DNA of 36,173 nucleotides from a bacterium. GTDB taxonomy: Bacteria; Acidobacteriota; Blastocatellia; HR10. The position numbers were made by a program, and so were the translations under genes. Below are positions 7,378-18,315 of the stretch, piece by piece. The notes below the pieces were generated by a model that saw nothing but the letters and a program-made list of their open reading frames with translations, was not told the origin of the DNA and ran no database searches. The DNA is taken from assembly GCA_041640655.1 (NCBI GenBank), contig JBEPZV010000026.1, forward strand, positions 1-36,173, given 5' to 3'. Within the stretch, counting starts at the first letter, position 1. The number at the start of each line of letters is the position of its first letter.

Positions 7378-7867
7378 GCCGGATATCCTTCACCTGTTCC
7401 GCCTCTGGTGGACCGACGTCGCCGACGCTGTCGTTGCAGTCGCCGGCCTCAAAACGGTCCCCGAAATTTTTCGCCTTCGCCGGGATCATCGGAAACTCCC
7501 GGCCTTTCGGTTTTCGGATCCATCGTCAAGATTAAGATTGCCTCTGGGCCGGGAGAGCAATAATTCCTCCGGACGGTATAGACATCCCTCGACCGAGGCA
7601 AGAGCTCATCGGCTCCCGGGAACGTCGTCCTCACCAGCTATGGCGCTTGGGCTGCCCCTGAGCAAGCTTTGTCAGAGCCGCGTGCGTTCTGGCGTTCGCT
7701 CCCTCACCACCAGGGCAACGTCCGCATGAGCGGCGGCACAGACTCCGGCGTCGGAGTCCCTCGACACCCTCAAGGACCTTCGCTCATTGTTTGTTTCAGA
7801 TGGAATTTTGCAGGGGCGTCACCCATCATGTCCTCCCTCGATGAGTTTCGACCACCCGACGGCGCCT

Positions 7868-7898
7868 ATTTTGCCCTTTTTTTTTTTCGCCCTGTCAA
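7868..7898 (-). promoter_or_regulatory. Putative sigma70 promoter with A11 homopolymer in a 19-nt spacer
   Basis: Minus strand: TTGACA-GGGCG-A11-GGG-CAAAAT, pointing toward the gasdermin operon. Confidence 0.45.
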
Positions 7899-8016
7899 GA
7901 GGAAAATTTCCAGACCAGTGCGGCGCCCGGCCGCCTTGGACGAACGCGCGGCGCCCGGAGATGGCGAAGGGGTGCGCTTTACAACGGGGGGCGACTCGAT
8001 TTACCATGCCGGAGGT

Positions 8017-9453
8017 ATGACGAAGGTGGGCATGGTCAGTCTCGGCTGTCCGAAGAATCTCGTGGACAGCGAGGTCATGCTGGGGCTGCTCGTGCGCGAG
8101 GGGTTCGCGCTCACGACGGAAGCGGCCGAGGCCGATATCCTCATCGTGAACACGTGCGCCTTCATTGATCCGGCCAAGATGGAATCCATCGAGACGATCC
8201 TCGAAATGGCGCGCTGGAAGGCGCACGGGCGCTGCCGCAAGCTCATCGTCACCGGCTGCCTGGCCGAGCGCTATCGCGAGCACCTGCAGCGGGAGTTGCC
8301 CGAGGTGGATGCGCTCGTCGGGACGCGAGAGATCGAGCGCATCGTCGAAGTGTGCCGCGACGGCGAGCGGGGAACGACGACCCGATCGCGACGTCGCCTT
8401 CCGATCCTCCCCCTGGCGCTCGCCTCTCGGTACGTGGAGGATGCGGCGCGTCCGCGTGTGCTGGCGACGCCGCCCTTCTCGGCGTATCTCAAGATCGCCG
8501 AGGGGTGCGATCACACGTGTTCCTTCTGCATCATCCCGACGCTGCGCGGGCCGTTTCGCAGCCGTCCCCTGGAATCCTTGCTTCGAGAGGCGGAGGCCCT
8601 GGCCGCGCGCGGCGTTCGCGAGCTGATCCTCATCGCGCAGGACACGACGCATTACGGTGCGGACTTGGGGATGAAGGAGGGCTTGGCCGCGCTCCTGCGG
8701 GCGCTGGCGCGGATTGAGGGGATTCGATGGATTCGCTTCCTCTACGGCTATCCGAATCACGTGAGCGAGGCGGTGATCGAAGCCGTCGCTTCCGAGGAGA
8801 AGGTGTGCGCCTACTTCGATATCCCCTTTCAGCACGCGAGCGCGCGTCTGTTGCGCCTCATGCGTCGAGGGGGGACGCGTCGCTCGTTCGAACGTCTCGT
8901 GGAGCGGATCCGGCGCCGTATCCCGGACGCGACGCTGCGGACCACGTTCATCATTGGATTCCCCGGGGAGACGGAGCGCGATTTTCGCGAGCTGCTCGAC
9001 TTCTGCCGGACCGTCGAGTTCGACTACGCGGGAGCATTCCTCTACTCGGATGAGGAGGGGACGGCGGCCTTTGGCTTGACCGCGAAGGTGTCTCGGGAGG
9101 TCGCGCGCGAGCGCTTGAGACGGTTTCAGCGCGAGCAAGCGCGTATCGCTTCTCGGCGGAGCCGTCGGTGGATCGGCCGAACGGTCGAGGTTCTGGTGGA
9201 GGGGAGCGTCGAGGGGGAGGCTTCCGATCGTCGTCCGCGCGCTTCTCCGAGGCCGCCTCTGCTGCGGGGGCGGATGGCCGGACAAGCGCCGGAGATTGAT
9301 GGCCGCGTGATCCTCGATCCGGGGGATGGGGTAGAATCGGCCCTGGAGCCACGACTTCCTCAGCCGGGGGAATTCGTCTCGGTCGAGATCGTGGACGCCA
9401 TCGGGTGTGATCTGATCGGGCGGGTGTGCGCGCCCGGGGAGGCTTCGCGATGA
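8017..9453 (+). CDS. rimO: Ribosomal protein S12 methylthiotransferase RimO
   Basis: SLGCPKNLVDSE, VNTCAFID, YLKIAEGCDHTCSFCIIP radical SAM motif, C-terminal TRAM (APEIDG). GGAGGT RBS before ATG 8017. Confidence 0.95.
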   Translation: MTKVGMVSLGCPKNLVDSEVMLGLLVREGFALTTEAAEADILIVNTCAFIDPAKMESIETILEMARWKAHGRCRKLIVTGCLAERYREHLQRELPEVDALVGTREIERIVEVCRDGERGTTTRSRRRLPILPLALASRYVEDAARPRVLATPPFSAYLKIAEGCDHTCSFCIIPTLRGPFRSRPLESLLREAEALAARGVRELILIAQDTTHYGADLGMKEGLAALLRALARIEGIRWIRFLYGYPNHVSEAVIEAVASEEKVCAYFDIPFQHASARLLRLMRRGGTRRSFERLVERIRRRIPDATLRTTFIIGFPGETERDFRELLDFCRTVEFDYAGAFLYSDEEGTAAFGLTAKVSREVARERLRRFQREQARIASRRSRRWIGRTVEVLVEGSVEGEASDRRPRASPRPPLLRGRMAGQAPEIDGRVILDPGDGVESALEPRLPQPGEFVSVEIVDAIGCDLIGRVCAPGEASR

Positions 9454-10034
9454 ACATGCGCGCGGCTGTTGCGAGCCTCGCTCACGTTCGGCGTCTCTCC
9501 GAAGGCGGCACGGCATCTCTGGCCGATCGCGTTGCGTGGTGGATCGCCGCCGGTGGGGGAGCCGGTCTGGCGCCGATCGCTCCCGGGACAGTTGGGGCTC
9601 TTCTGGGACTCGGACTCTTCGCGCTTGGCTCCTGGTTCGAGCGCGCGCTGGGCGTCGTTGGGGTGAGCTGGATCATCGCCGGTGTTCTCTTGGGCGTTGG
9701 CACGTGGGCGTCTTCCCGAGTGGTGCGGCTCTCGGGAATGGCGGATCCTCCGCAGATCGTGGTGGACGAGATCGTCGGTCAGTTCCTCGCGCTGCTCTTG
9801 AGCGTCGGTGGTCGTGCCCTCTTGCGAGGAGCCAGCGAAGGATCGGTGTCGTGGCCGGGATGGGGGATGCTGTGGGCGAGCTTCGGACTCTTTCGCCTCT
9901 TCGACATCTGGAAGCCGTATCCCATTCGGCGAGTTGAACGGTGGAAGGGGGGGATGGGGGTCATGGCGGATGATGTGTTGGCGGGGATCTGCGCGGGACT
10001 CGCGACCGTTCTCCTAGTCGAGATCATCCCGTGA
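9450..10034 (+). CDS. pgpA: Phosphatidylglycerophosphatase A
   Basis: G-x-A-P-x-APGTVG, DPPQIVVDEIVG, FRLFDIWKPYPI and GVMADDVLAG motifs. ATGA overlap with rimO. Confidence 0.93.
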   Translation: MNMRAAVASLAHVRRLSEGGTASLADRVAWWIAAGGGAGLAPIAPGTVGALLGLGLFALGSWFERALGVVGVSWIIAGVLLGVGTWASSRVVRLSGMADPPQIVVDEIVGQFLALLLSVGGRALLRGASEGSVSWPGWGMLWASFGLFRLFDIWKPYPIRRVERWKGGMGVMADDVLAGICAGLATVLLVEIIP

Positions 10035-10047
10035 AGGAGGGTCGAGG

Positions 10048-11298
10048 ATGCAGCCCATACGACCGCGACAAGCGGAGATCATCGCCGTCGGGTCGGAGCT
10101 GCTGACGCCCTTCCGCGTGGATACGAACTCCCTCTGGTTGACCGAACGGCTGAATGCGCTCGGGATCGAAGTCGCCGTGAAGATGATCGTCGGCGACGAC
10201 GAATCGCTCCTGGAGCGCCTCGTTCGCGAGGCCCTGGCGCGCTCGGAGGTGATCGTCGTGACCGGCGGATTGGGGCCTACGGAGGACGATGTGACGCGCA
10301 AGGCGCTCGCGCGCGCGCTCTCGCGGCCCTTGGTGCTCGATGAGCAGGTTCTGGAGCGGATTCGAGCGCGCTTCGCCCGTCGAGGACTCGCGATGCCGAA
10401 GATCAATGAGCGGCAGGCGCTCGTGCTGGAGGGGGCGGTCGTCTTGGAGAACCGACATGGGACGGCGCCGGGGATGTTCGTGGAGCAGGAGGGGCGCGCG
10501 CTCGTCGTGCTGCCGGGGCCGCCGCCGGAGATGCAAGCTATGTTCGAGAGCGAGGTCGTGCCGCTGCTGGAGCCGCTCGCCGGCGGCGTGAAGATTCGCC
10601 GTCGCACGCTGCGGATCGCGGGTCTGAGCGAATCCGCCGTGGATCAGGCGATCGCGCCCATCTACACGCAGTACGCGAATCCACAGACGACGATTCTGGC
10701 CACGACCGGCGGGATCGAGATTCACCTCACGGCCAGCGGGGTGACCGAGGAGGAGATCGAGGCGCGGCTCGATGAATTGTCGGATCGCATCGAACAGGCG
10801 CTTGGCGCGCGGGTCTTCACCACGCGCGGCGAATCCTTGGAGGAGGTGATCGGCCGCCTCGCTCTGACCAAAGGCTATACGATCGCCGTCGCCGAGAGCG
10901 TGACCGGCGGCCTCATCGCCAAGCGCCTGACCGATGTCCCCGGAAGCTCACAGTACTTTCGCGGGGGGATCACCGCCTACTCGGATGAAGCGAAGCGCGC
11001 GCTCCTGGGGGTTCCAGCGGATATGCTCGCCACGCACGGAGCTGTCAGCGCAGAGGTTGCCGAAGCGATGGCCCGACGCGTGAAGGAATCGTTGGGCGCG
11101 ACCGTGGGCGTGGCCGTCACGGGAGTGGCCGGACCCGGAGGGGGAACGCCGGAGAAGCCCGTCGGTGTGGTCTTCATCGGTTTGGCCGATGATGTCCATG
11201 TCGAGAGCCATCGGCATTGGTTTCCGGGGGATCGCACGCGCATTCGAGAACTGGCCGCTCAGGCGGCCTTGGCGCTCCTGTATGAGCGCTTGTTGTGA
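10048..11298 (+). CDS. cinA: Competence/damage-inducible protein CinA (MoCF-like domain plus NMN amidohydrolase PncC domain)
   Basis: AEIIAVGSELL, DTNS, TGGLGPTEDDVT, GTAPG, AVAESVTGG, GAVS and TGVAGPGGGTPEKPVG. Confidence 0.95.
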   Translation: MQPIRPRQAEIIAVGSELLTPFRVDTNSLWLTERLNALGIEVAVKMIVGDDESLLERLVREALARSEVIVVTGGLGPTEDDVTRKALARALSRPLVLDEQVLERIRARFARRGLAMPKINERQALVLEGAVVLENRHGTAPGMFVEQEGRALVVLPGPPPEMQAMFESEVVPLLEPLAGGVKIRRRTLRIAGLSESAVDQAIAPIYTQYANPQTTILATTGGIEIHLTASGVTEEEIEARLDELSDRIEQALGARVFTTRGESLEEVIGRLALTKGYTIAVAESVTGGLIAKRLTDVPGSSQYFRGGITAYSDEAKRALLGVPADMLATHGAVSAEVAEAMARRVKESLGATVGVAVTGVAGPGGGTPEKPVGVVFIGLADDVHVESHRHWFPGDRTRIRELAAQAALALLYERLL

Positions 11299-11321
11299 TA
11301 TGTCGAGATCCGCGGGCGGAT

Positions 11322-12005
11322 TCATGCCCTCTTCGAGGTCGGGCGCGCGGCGACTTTGACGCGCGCCGGTCGCAGCAGGCGATCGCCCATCATGTAGCCG
11401 CGCTGATATTCGTCAATGATGGTGTTCTCCTCATATTCGTCGGTCGGCTCGACAGCGAACGCTTCGTGGCGCGTGGGGTCGAACGGGCGTCCGAGCGTCT
11501 CCATGGGCCTGACGTTGAAGCGGGCGAGCAACTCCAGCAGCCGACGATGGATCACGGTGAGCCCTTGCAGCACTCCATCGAGATCGCGAAGCCAGCGCGC
11601 GGCTTCCAGGGCGCGCTCGAAATCATCCACGATGGGGAGGAACTCGGTCAGGACTTCGACAAGCGCCTCCTCCCGCATGCGCTCCCGCTCGCGCTCGATG
11701 CGCTTGCGATAGTTCTCGAATTCGGCGGCCAGGCGCAGCAGGCGCTCGTAGAGCGCTTCTCGCTCCTGCCGAAGTCGCGTGATCTCATCCTCCGGCGCAG
11801 GTGCGGCCTCCGGGCGGTGGGCGTCGAGGACCTCCCGACCGATCTCGCGAATGGTGGCGCTCAACTCCTGCGCTTCCGGTTCCGAAGATCCCTTGGCCTC
11901 GTGCTCCCGATCGGTCTCACGCGGGCGCACGGGATACTCCGCAGGCGCCTCCTCGTGATGCTCAACGAACCGGATCGGGATGCGACGCGCGTTCGGTTTC
12001 TCCAT
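11322..12005 (-). CDS. grpE: Nucleotide exchange factor GrpE
   Basis: RLAAEFENYRKR, LPIVDDFERAL, GRPFDPTRHEA and YQRGYMMGDRLLRPARVKV. Confidence 0.95.
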   Translation of the reverse strand: MEKPNARRIPIRFVEHHEEAPAEYPVRPRETDREHEAKGSSEPEAQELSATIREIGREVLDAHRPEAAPAPEDEITRLRQEREALYERLLRLAAEFENYRKRIERERERMREEALVEVLTEFLPIVDDFERALEAARWLRDLDGVLQGLTVIHRRLLELLARFNVRPMETLGRPFDPTRHEAFAVEPTDEYEENTIIDEYQRGYMMGDRLLRPARVKVAARPTSKRA

Positions 12006-12036
12006 CTCCTCCTCCAGCGGGCGAAGATCACGCTCT

Positions 12037-12066
12037 AGACTACCACCAGCTCTGAGGGGCTGTCAA
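12037..12066 (-). promoter_or_regulatory. Putative sigma70 promoter of grpE
   Basis: TTGACA (12066-12061), 18 nt, then extended -10 TG-G-TAGTCT (12045-12037). Confidence 0.45.
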
Positions 12067-12235
12067 TAATCGGGACCCTCGGCATCTTGAAGCGCGGAGG
12101 CGAGACGGCTCCTCACTCGCCTTGCACCTCTCGGACGAGTTGGTGTCCTCAAGGCGCGATCCGCAGACGGATCATGTCGGCCAAGGAAGGAGCGGTCTCG
12201 CCGTCTGAGTCACGCAGCGAAAACAGCGTGCGGGT

Positions 12236-12583
12236 TCACCACCGAGGGGATCGGCCCGATCCGCGCGGGGGACGGCGTCCCCCCCGGGAGGGCCCGCTTC
12301 CTCGATCATACCCGAACTGGTTCGCAGGGCGTTCCGGTCGAGGTCGAGCTTCGTTCACGATCAGGGTGCGGCCTTCGTATTCCCGCTGGTTCAACTGGCT
12401 GATGGCGGCTTCGGCCGCTTCGGCCGAGGCCAATTCGACGAATCCAAATCCCCGAGAGCGTCCGGTGATGCGATCGGTGATCACGTGGCTGGAGAGTACG
12501 GGACCAAAGGGCCTGAAGAGGTCCTCCAAGTCCTGACTGGTCACGCTGTAGGGCAAATTCCCGACATACAGTTTCACGGACAT
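12236..12583 (-). CDS. RRM-domain RNA-binding protein with Gly/Arg-rich tail
   Basis: RNP2 KLYVGNL, RNP1 RGFGFVEL, and GRTLIVNEARPR. Confidence 0.93.
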   Translation of the reverse strand: MSVKLYVGNLPYSVTSQDLEDLFRPFGPVLSSHVITDRITGRSRGFGFVELASAEAAEAAISQLNQREYEGRTLIVNEARPRPERPANQFGYDRGSGPSRGGRRPPRGSGRSPRW

Positions 12584-12718
12584 ACAGTCTCCTCTGCAGT
12601 GTTCTTCTCAGAAGCCGCCGGGGGCAGGGCGGAAGATAACGCCACGGCCTCTTCGCGCTCTGCGCGCGGGGATTCTGAGTCTCACTTGCCTTCGGAGTAT
12701 CGAGGCGTCAGGCCCTGT

Positions 12719-13576
12719 TCAGACGACACCTGCGGATACTTCGCCGACAAGCTCCGCATCGCAAACATCACGCCGCACATGCGAAGGTGTGAGTGTACCT
12801 CTGATGCCGCGGTGAGTCAAGCGGGAAACGTGGCGCGGGCCGGCCCAGCTGCGAAATCGCGCCGGGATGCGGACCTCTCGCATGCGGCGTTGGATGATCC
12901 GGCGGCGACGCTCGACGCGCTGCGGATGCTTGGTCGGATTGTACGTCTCGCGAGGATTCGGGATGATGGCGGCCAGAAAGGCCGCCTGCTCCGGCGTCAG
13001 GCGCGCGGCCGAGACGCCGAAGTACTGCCGCGCTGCCGCCTCCGCTCCGTAGATCCCATCCCCCCACTCGATCACGTTCAAGTAGAGCTCCAGGATGCGT
13101 CGCTTCCCAAGGAGCAGCTCCAACTCCACGGTGATCACCGCTTCGTGGAGCTTGCGGATCGGGTGGCGCGCTGTCGAAAGGAAGAGGTTCTTCGCCAACT
13201 GCTGCGTGATCGTCGAGGCGCCGCGCACGATCTCCCCCTCTTCGAGATTCTCCCGGAGCGCTTCCTGAATCTGCTCCCAATCGAACCCGTGATGGATGAA
13301 GAATCGGGGGTCCTCGCCGGCTAAGACGGCGCGCACAAGATGCGGGGAGACGCGCTCGTAGGGGATCCAGATCTGCACGCGCTTGGGCATCTGACCGCGC
13401 GCTCGCGCTTCCTCGGCGCGTTGCCTCATGAGGGCCGTCATCCTCGGATTCGCGGATCGCAAGCGAACGATGCGCACGAGGATGGTGCTGTGGTAGAGCA
13501 TGAGGCCGAGCAGCAGGAATCCAAGCGCTCGGCGGATCCACCGTCGTCCCCGGTGATGTGCTCGCCCCGATGGCAT
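12719..13576 (-). CDS. mtgA: Monofunctional peptidoglycan glycosyltransferase (GT51)
   Basis: EDPRFFIHHGFD, RGASTITQQLAKNLFL, RKLHE, KRRILELYLNVIEWG; one N-terminal TM and no transpeptidase domain. Start uncertain (ORF track 13657). Confidence 0.9.
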   Translation of the reverse strand: MPSGRAHHRGRRWIRRALGFLLLGLMLYHSTILVRIVRLRSANPRMTALMRQRAEEARARGQMPKRVQIWIPYERVSPHLVRAVLAGEDPRFFIHHGFDWEQIQEALRENLEEGEIVRGASTITQQLAKNLFLSTARHPIRKLHEAVITVELELLLGKRRILELYLNVIEWGDGIYGAEAAARQYFGVSAARLTPEQAAFLAAIIPNPRETYNPTKHPQRVERRRRIIQRRMREVRIPARFRSWAGPRHVSRLTHRGIRGTLTPSHVRRDVCDAELVGEVSAGVV

Positions 13577-13650
13577 CGGCTCACACTCAGCGCGCGTCCA
13601 GACGACGTTGTAGCACGATCGCGGCGCGGAAGGCAAAGGATTGCTCTCGC

Positions 13651-13680
13651 TTGACAAGCTTGGGAAGCCGGGCCTACCAT
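13651..13680 (+). promoter_or_regulatory. Putative sigma70 promoter of glgA
   Basis: TTGACA (13651-13656), 18 nt, TACCAT (13675-13680). Confidence 0.5.
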
Positions 13681-13704
13681 GACTTACTTTGTGGGATGCA
13701 AAGG

Positions 13705-15207
13705 ATGTCAGCGCAGATGAAAAGGCACGAGCGCCTCTCGATCATCTTCGCGGTTTCCGAAGCCGCCCCGTACGCGAAGACGGGCGGTTTGGCGGACGTC
13801 GCGGGCGCTTTGCCGCGGGCCCTGGCGAAGCTGGACGTGGAGGTGGTGGTCATCCTCCCCCGCTACCGAGGAGAGCGGGCTGGGGCTGTCGGTCATTGCG
13901 TGACTGAACGCCTGACTGTCCCCTTCGCCTTTGGGACGAAGACGGTCGCCATCTACGCGGATGAACACAAGGGCGTGCCCTTTTATTTCGTGGATGCGCC
14001 TGAGTATTTCGATCGTCCGGGCATTTATGGCCCGAATCCCGACGAGGAGTATCCCGATAACGTCGAGCGCTATGCTTTCTTCTCGCGCGCGGTGATCGAG
14101 TGGGCGCGTCAGCGCGAGCGCCCCCCGGATCTCTTCCATTGCAATGATTGGCAGACGGGATTCATCCCGCTCTATCTCCGGACGGCGTATGGCGCCGAGC
14201 CCTTCTTTGAGCGAACGCGGACGCTCTTCACGATCCACAACATCGGGTATCAAGGGCTCTTCTCCCCGACGCTCCTTGCGCGGTTCGGGCTCCCTCCGGA
14301 GGTCTATCGGACCGAAGGGGGGATCGAGTTCTATGGCTCGGCCAGCGCGATGAAGGCCGGGATCGTCTTCGCCACGGCGATCTCGACCGTGAGCCCGAAG
14401 TATGCTCAGGAGATTCAGACGCCGGAGTATGGACAGGGTCTGGACGGGCTGCTGCGCGCGCGCGCGGCGCGACTGGTCGGCATCCTCAACGGCGTGGACT
14501 ACGAGGAGTGGAATCCGGCCACCGACCCGTTCATCGCGGCCAACTACTCGGTCGAGGCCCCGGAGGGGAAGCGCTTGTGCAAGGCCGATCTCCTGCGAAC
14601 GTTGGGACTCCCCGAAGACCTCGATCGTCCGGTGATCGGCTCCGTCTCCCGATTGGTCGCGCAGAAGGGCTTCGACCTCGTGCGCGAGGCGGCCGAGGGA
14701 CTTCTCCACACCGGCATCGCGTACGTGCTGCTGGGGTCGGGCGACCGCGAGCTGGAGGAGTTCTTCCGTGACTGGCAGCGGGCCCATCCCGATCGCGTGG
14801 GGGTTTATCTGGGATTCCACAACGAGCTGGCGCATAAGATCGAAGCCGGAGCCGATATGTTCCTCATGCCCTCGCGCTACGAGCCCTGCGGGCTCAATCA
14901 GATCTACAGCCTGAAGTACGGGACCGTCCCCATCGTGCGCGCCACCGGCGGGCTCGACGATACGATCCAACCGTTCGATCCGACGACGCGATCGGGCAAC
15001 GGATTCAAGTTCTTCGAGTATCGGGCCGATCGGTTGCTCGCGGCCGTACGCGAAGCGCTGCGCGTGTACGCCGATCCCTCGCTGTGGCGGGCCTGTATGG
15101 AGAACGGCATGCGCGCCGACTTCTCCTGGGAACGTTCGGCCCTTCAATATCGGGAGCTGTATGAGCGCGTGATCGCCGGAGCAGGGCCCTTCGGAGAGCC
15201 CGCCTGA
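13705..15207 (+). CDS. glgA: Glycogen synthase
   Basis: SEAAPYAKTGGLADV, HCNDWQ, FTIHNIGYQG, SRLVAQKG and MPSRYEPCGLNQ. Start could be 13696, 13705 or 13717. Confidence 0.95.
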   Translation: MSAQMKRHERLSIIFAVSEAAPYAKTGGLADVAGALPRALAKLDVEVVVILPRYRGERAGAVGHCVTERLTVPFAFGTKTVAIYADEHKGVPFYFVDAPEYFDRPGIYGPNPDEEYPDNVERYAFFSRAVIEWARQRERPPDLFHCNDWQTGFIPLYLRTAYGAEPFFERTRTLFTIHNIGYQGLFSPTLLARFGLPPEVYRTEGGIEFYGSASAMKAGIVFATAISTVSPKYAQEIQTPEYGQGLDGLLRARAARLVGILNGVDYEEWNPATDPFIAANYSVEAPEGKRLCKADLLRTLGLPEDLDRPVIGSVSRLVAQKGFDLVREAAEGLLHTGIAYVLLGSGDRELEEFFRDWQRAHPDRVGVYLGFHNELAHKIEAGADMFLMPSRYEPCGLNQIYSLKYGTVPIVRATGGLDDTIQPFDPTTRSGNGFKFFEYRADRLLAAVREALRVYADPSLWRACMENGMRADFSWERSALQYRELYERVIAGAGPFGEPA

Positions 15208-15279
15208 GGCGAGCAGAAGGAGCACACGATGCGGTCGGAGGGCTTCCGCCCAGTATCTCAGTTTAAGGAGGGAGACGCC

Positions 15280-16916
<1,637 letters not shown>

Positions 16917-16945
16917 GCGTCCGCGGTCCGACGCGAGACCGTTCT

Positions 16946-17968
16946 TCAGTCCTTCAACGCCCGAATCGTCTCTCTCCAGAAGGCTTCATCGTCCAACGGG
17001 CGCGGCGGACGCAGCCCGTAGAAGACTATGCGGTCTGCGATCCCGCGGTATCGCTCGCGAAGCCGTTCGGCGATCTCCTCCGGGGGTGCCACGACGGCAA
17101 AGGTGTGCAGCATCTCCTCGGGGATTGCGTCGGCCAGTTCCGACCATCGTCCGGCAGCCGCCAGGGCGCGCAGCCGATCCGCATGCTCGGCGAAGCCGTG
17201 CAGCTCCAAGAGTACCCGATACGTGGGCGTCGAACCGTAGAAGCCGATCTGCGAGCGGGCGAAATGCCGGCTCTCCGCCCATTCCTCGGGGCCTCGACCG
17301 GAGGCGATGATCACCGTCACCACGATCTCCAGCGCCGAGCGGTCTCGGCCGGCTGCGCGCCATCCGGCTTCCAGCTCCGGCAGCACCAGCTCGCGCACGT
17401 ATCGCTCCGAATGAAGGGGATGCACGTGCACGCCATCGGCCACGCGACCAGCGAGCCGCAGCATCGCCCGGTTCACGGCCGAGATGTAAATGGGCGCATC
17501 GGGGTAGGGATTCGGCTCGGGCGTGAAAAAGGGCGTCATCAACGTCAGGTGATAGTGCTCGCTGCGGAAATTCAAGGGAGTGCCCTCACGCCATGAGGCC
17601 CAGATCGCCCGCACGGCGGCAATGTAGTCGCGCAGCCACGGCACCGGAGCCTTCCAGAAGAGCCCGAATCGGCGCTCGATATGTCCCTTCACCTGACTGC
17701 CAAGCCCCAAAATCATACGCCCCCGCGCCAAACGCTGAAGGTCCCAACCGATATACGCCATGACCATCGGGCTGCGCGGGAAGGCGATCGCTACGGCTGT
17801 CCCCAGCGTGATCCGCTCCGTGTGCTCAGCCGCCAGCGCGATCGCCAGAAACGGATCTCCACCCGTTTCGCCAAACCAAAGACCATCGAAGCCCAATGCT
17901 TCCACACGTCGCGCCAGCGCCGGAACTGCCTCAAGAGGCATTCGCGGGACGATGAGATCAACCTTCAT
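16946..17968 (-). CDS. LLM-class (luciferase-like) oxidoreductase, probably F420-dependent (TIGR03617-like)
   Basis: DPF...AAEHTERITLGTAVAIAFPRSPM...WDLQ...GRMILGLGSQVKGHIERRFG, HYHLTLMTPFF and FYGSTPTY. RBS AGGAGG before GTG/ATG at 17971/17968. Confidence 0.85.
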   Translation of the reverse strand: MKVDLIVPRMPLEAVPALARRVEALGFDGLWFGETGGDPFLAIALAAEHTERITLGTAVAIAFPRSPMVMAYIGWDLQRLARGRMILGLGSQVKGHIERRFGLFWKAPVPWLRDYIAAVRAIWASWREGTPLNFRSEHYHLTLMTPFFTPEPNPYPDAPIYISAVNRAMLRLAGRVADGVHVHPLHSERYVRELVLPELEAGWRAAGRDRSALEIVVTVIIASGRGPEEWAESRHFARSQIGFYGSTPTYRVLLELHGFAEHADRLRALAAAGRWSELADAIPEEMLHTFAVVAPPEEIAERLRERYRGIADRIVFYGLRPPRPLDDEAFWRETIRALKD

Positions 17969-18315
17969 CACAACCCCTCCTGACTTGACGATAGGCCACA
18001 AGCGGCGCATGATACCATGCCATGGTGGTGCGGTCCAAGGGAGAGCGTATGGACGTCCGAAATGCATCTTTTGGGCAAAAATGACCAATTCATTTCGCCA
18101 TGCGTGGGAGTTTTTGTGTCTTCCAGGCCGGAAATTTAGAGGCTCATTGGGGATTAATGTGTCAAAAGTTCCCGTTTGGATGTCCCTCAAGTCGAGGGCG
18201 GTGTCTGGGTAATTGCAGGAAATAGCTTGACTTGGATCAAAAGCGAGCGCAGAGCTTGTGCTTCAGGGCACGGGATTTGCTTAAAGATTCATGTACGCCA
18301 AGAGGGATGGGTTGT

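Noticed and set aside
7449..7634. 61-aa ORF as the gasdermin-activating protease or its remnant
   Set aside because: No His-Gly/Cys caspase dyad, GxSGG trypsin motif or subtilase motif, and it is too short.
7669..8016. 116-aa N-terminal extension of RimO
   Set aside because: Family homology and a GGAGGT RBS begin at 8017; the extension crosses the promoter and poly-T region.
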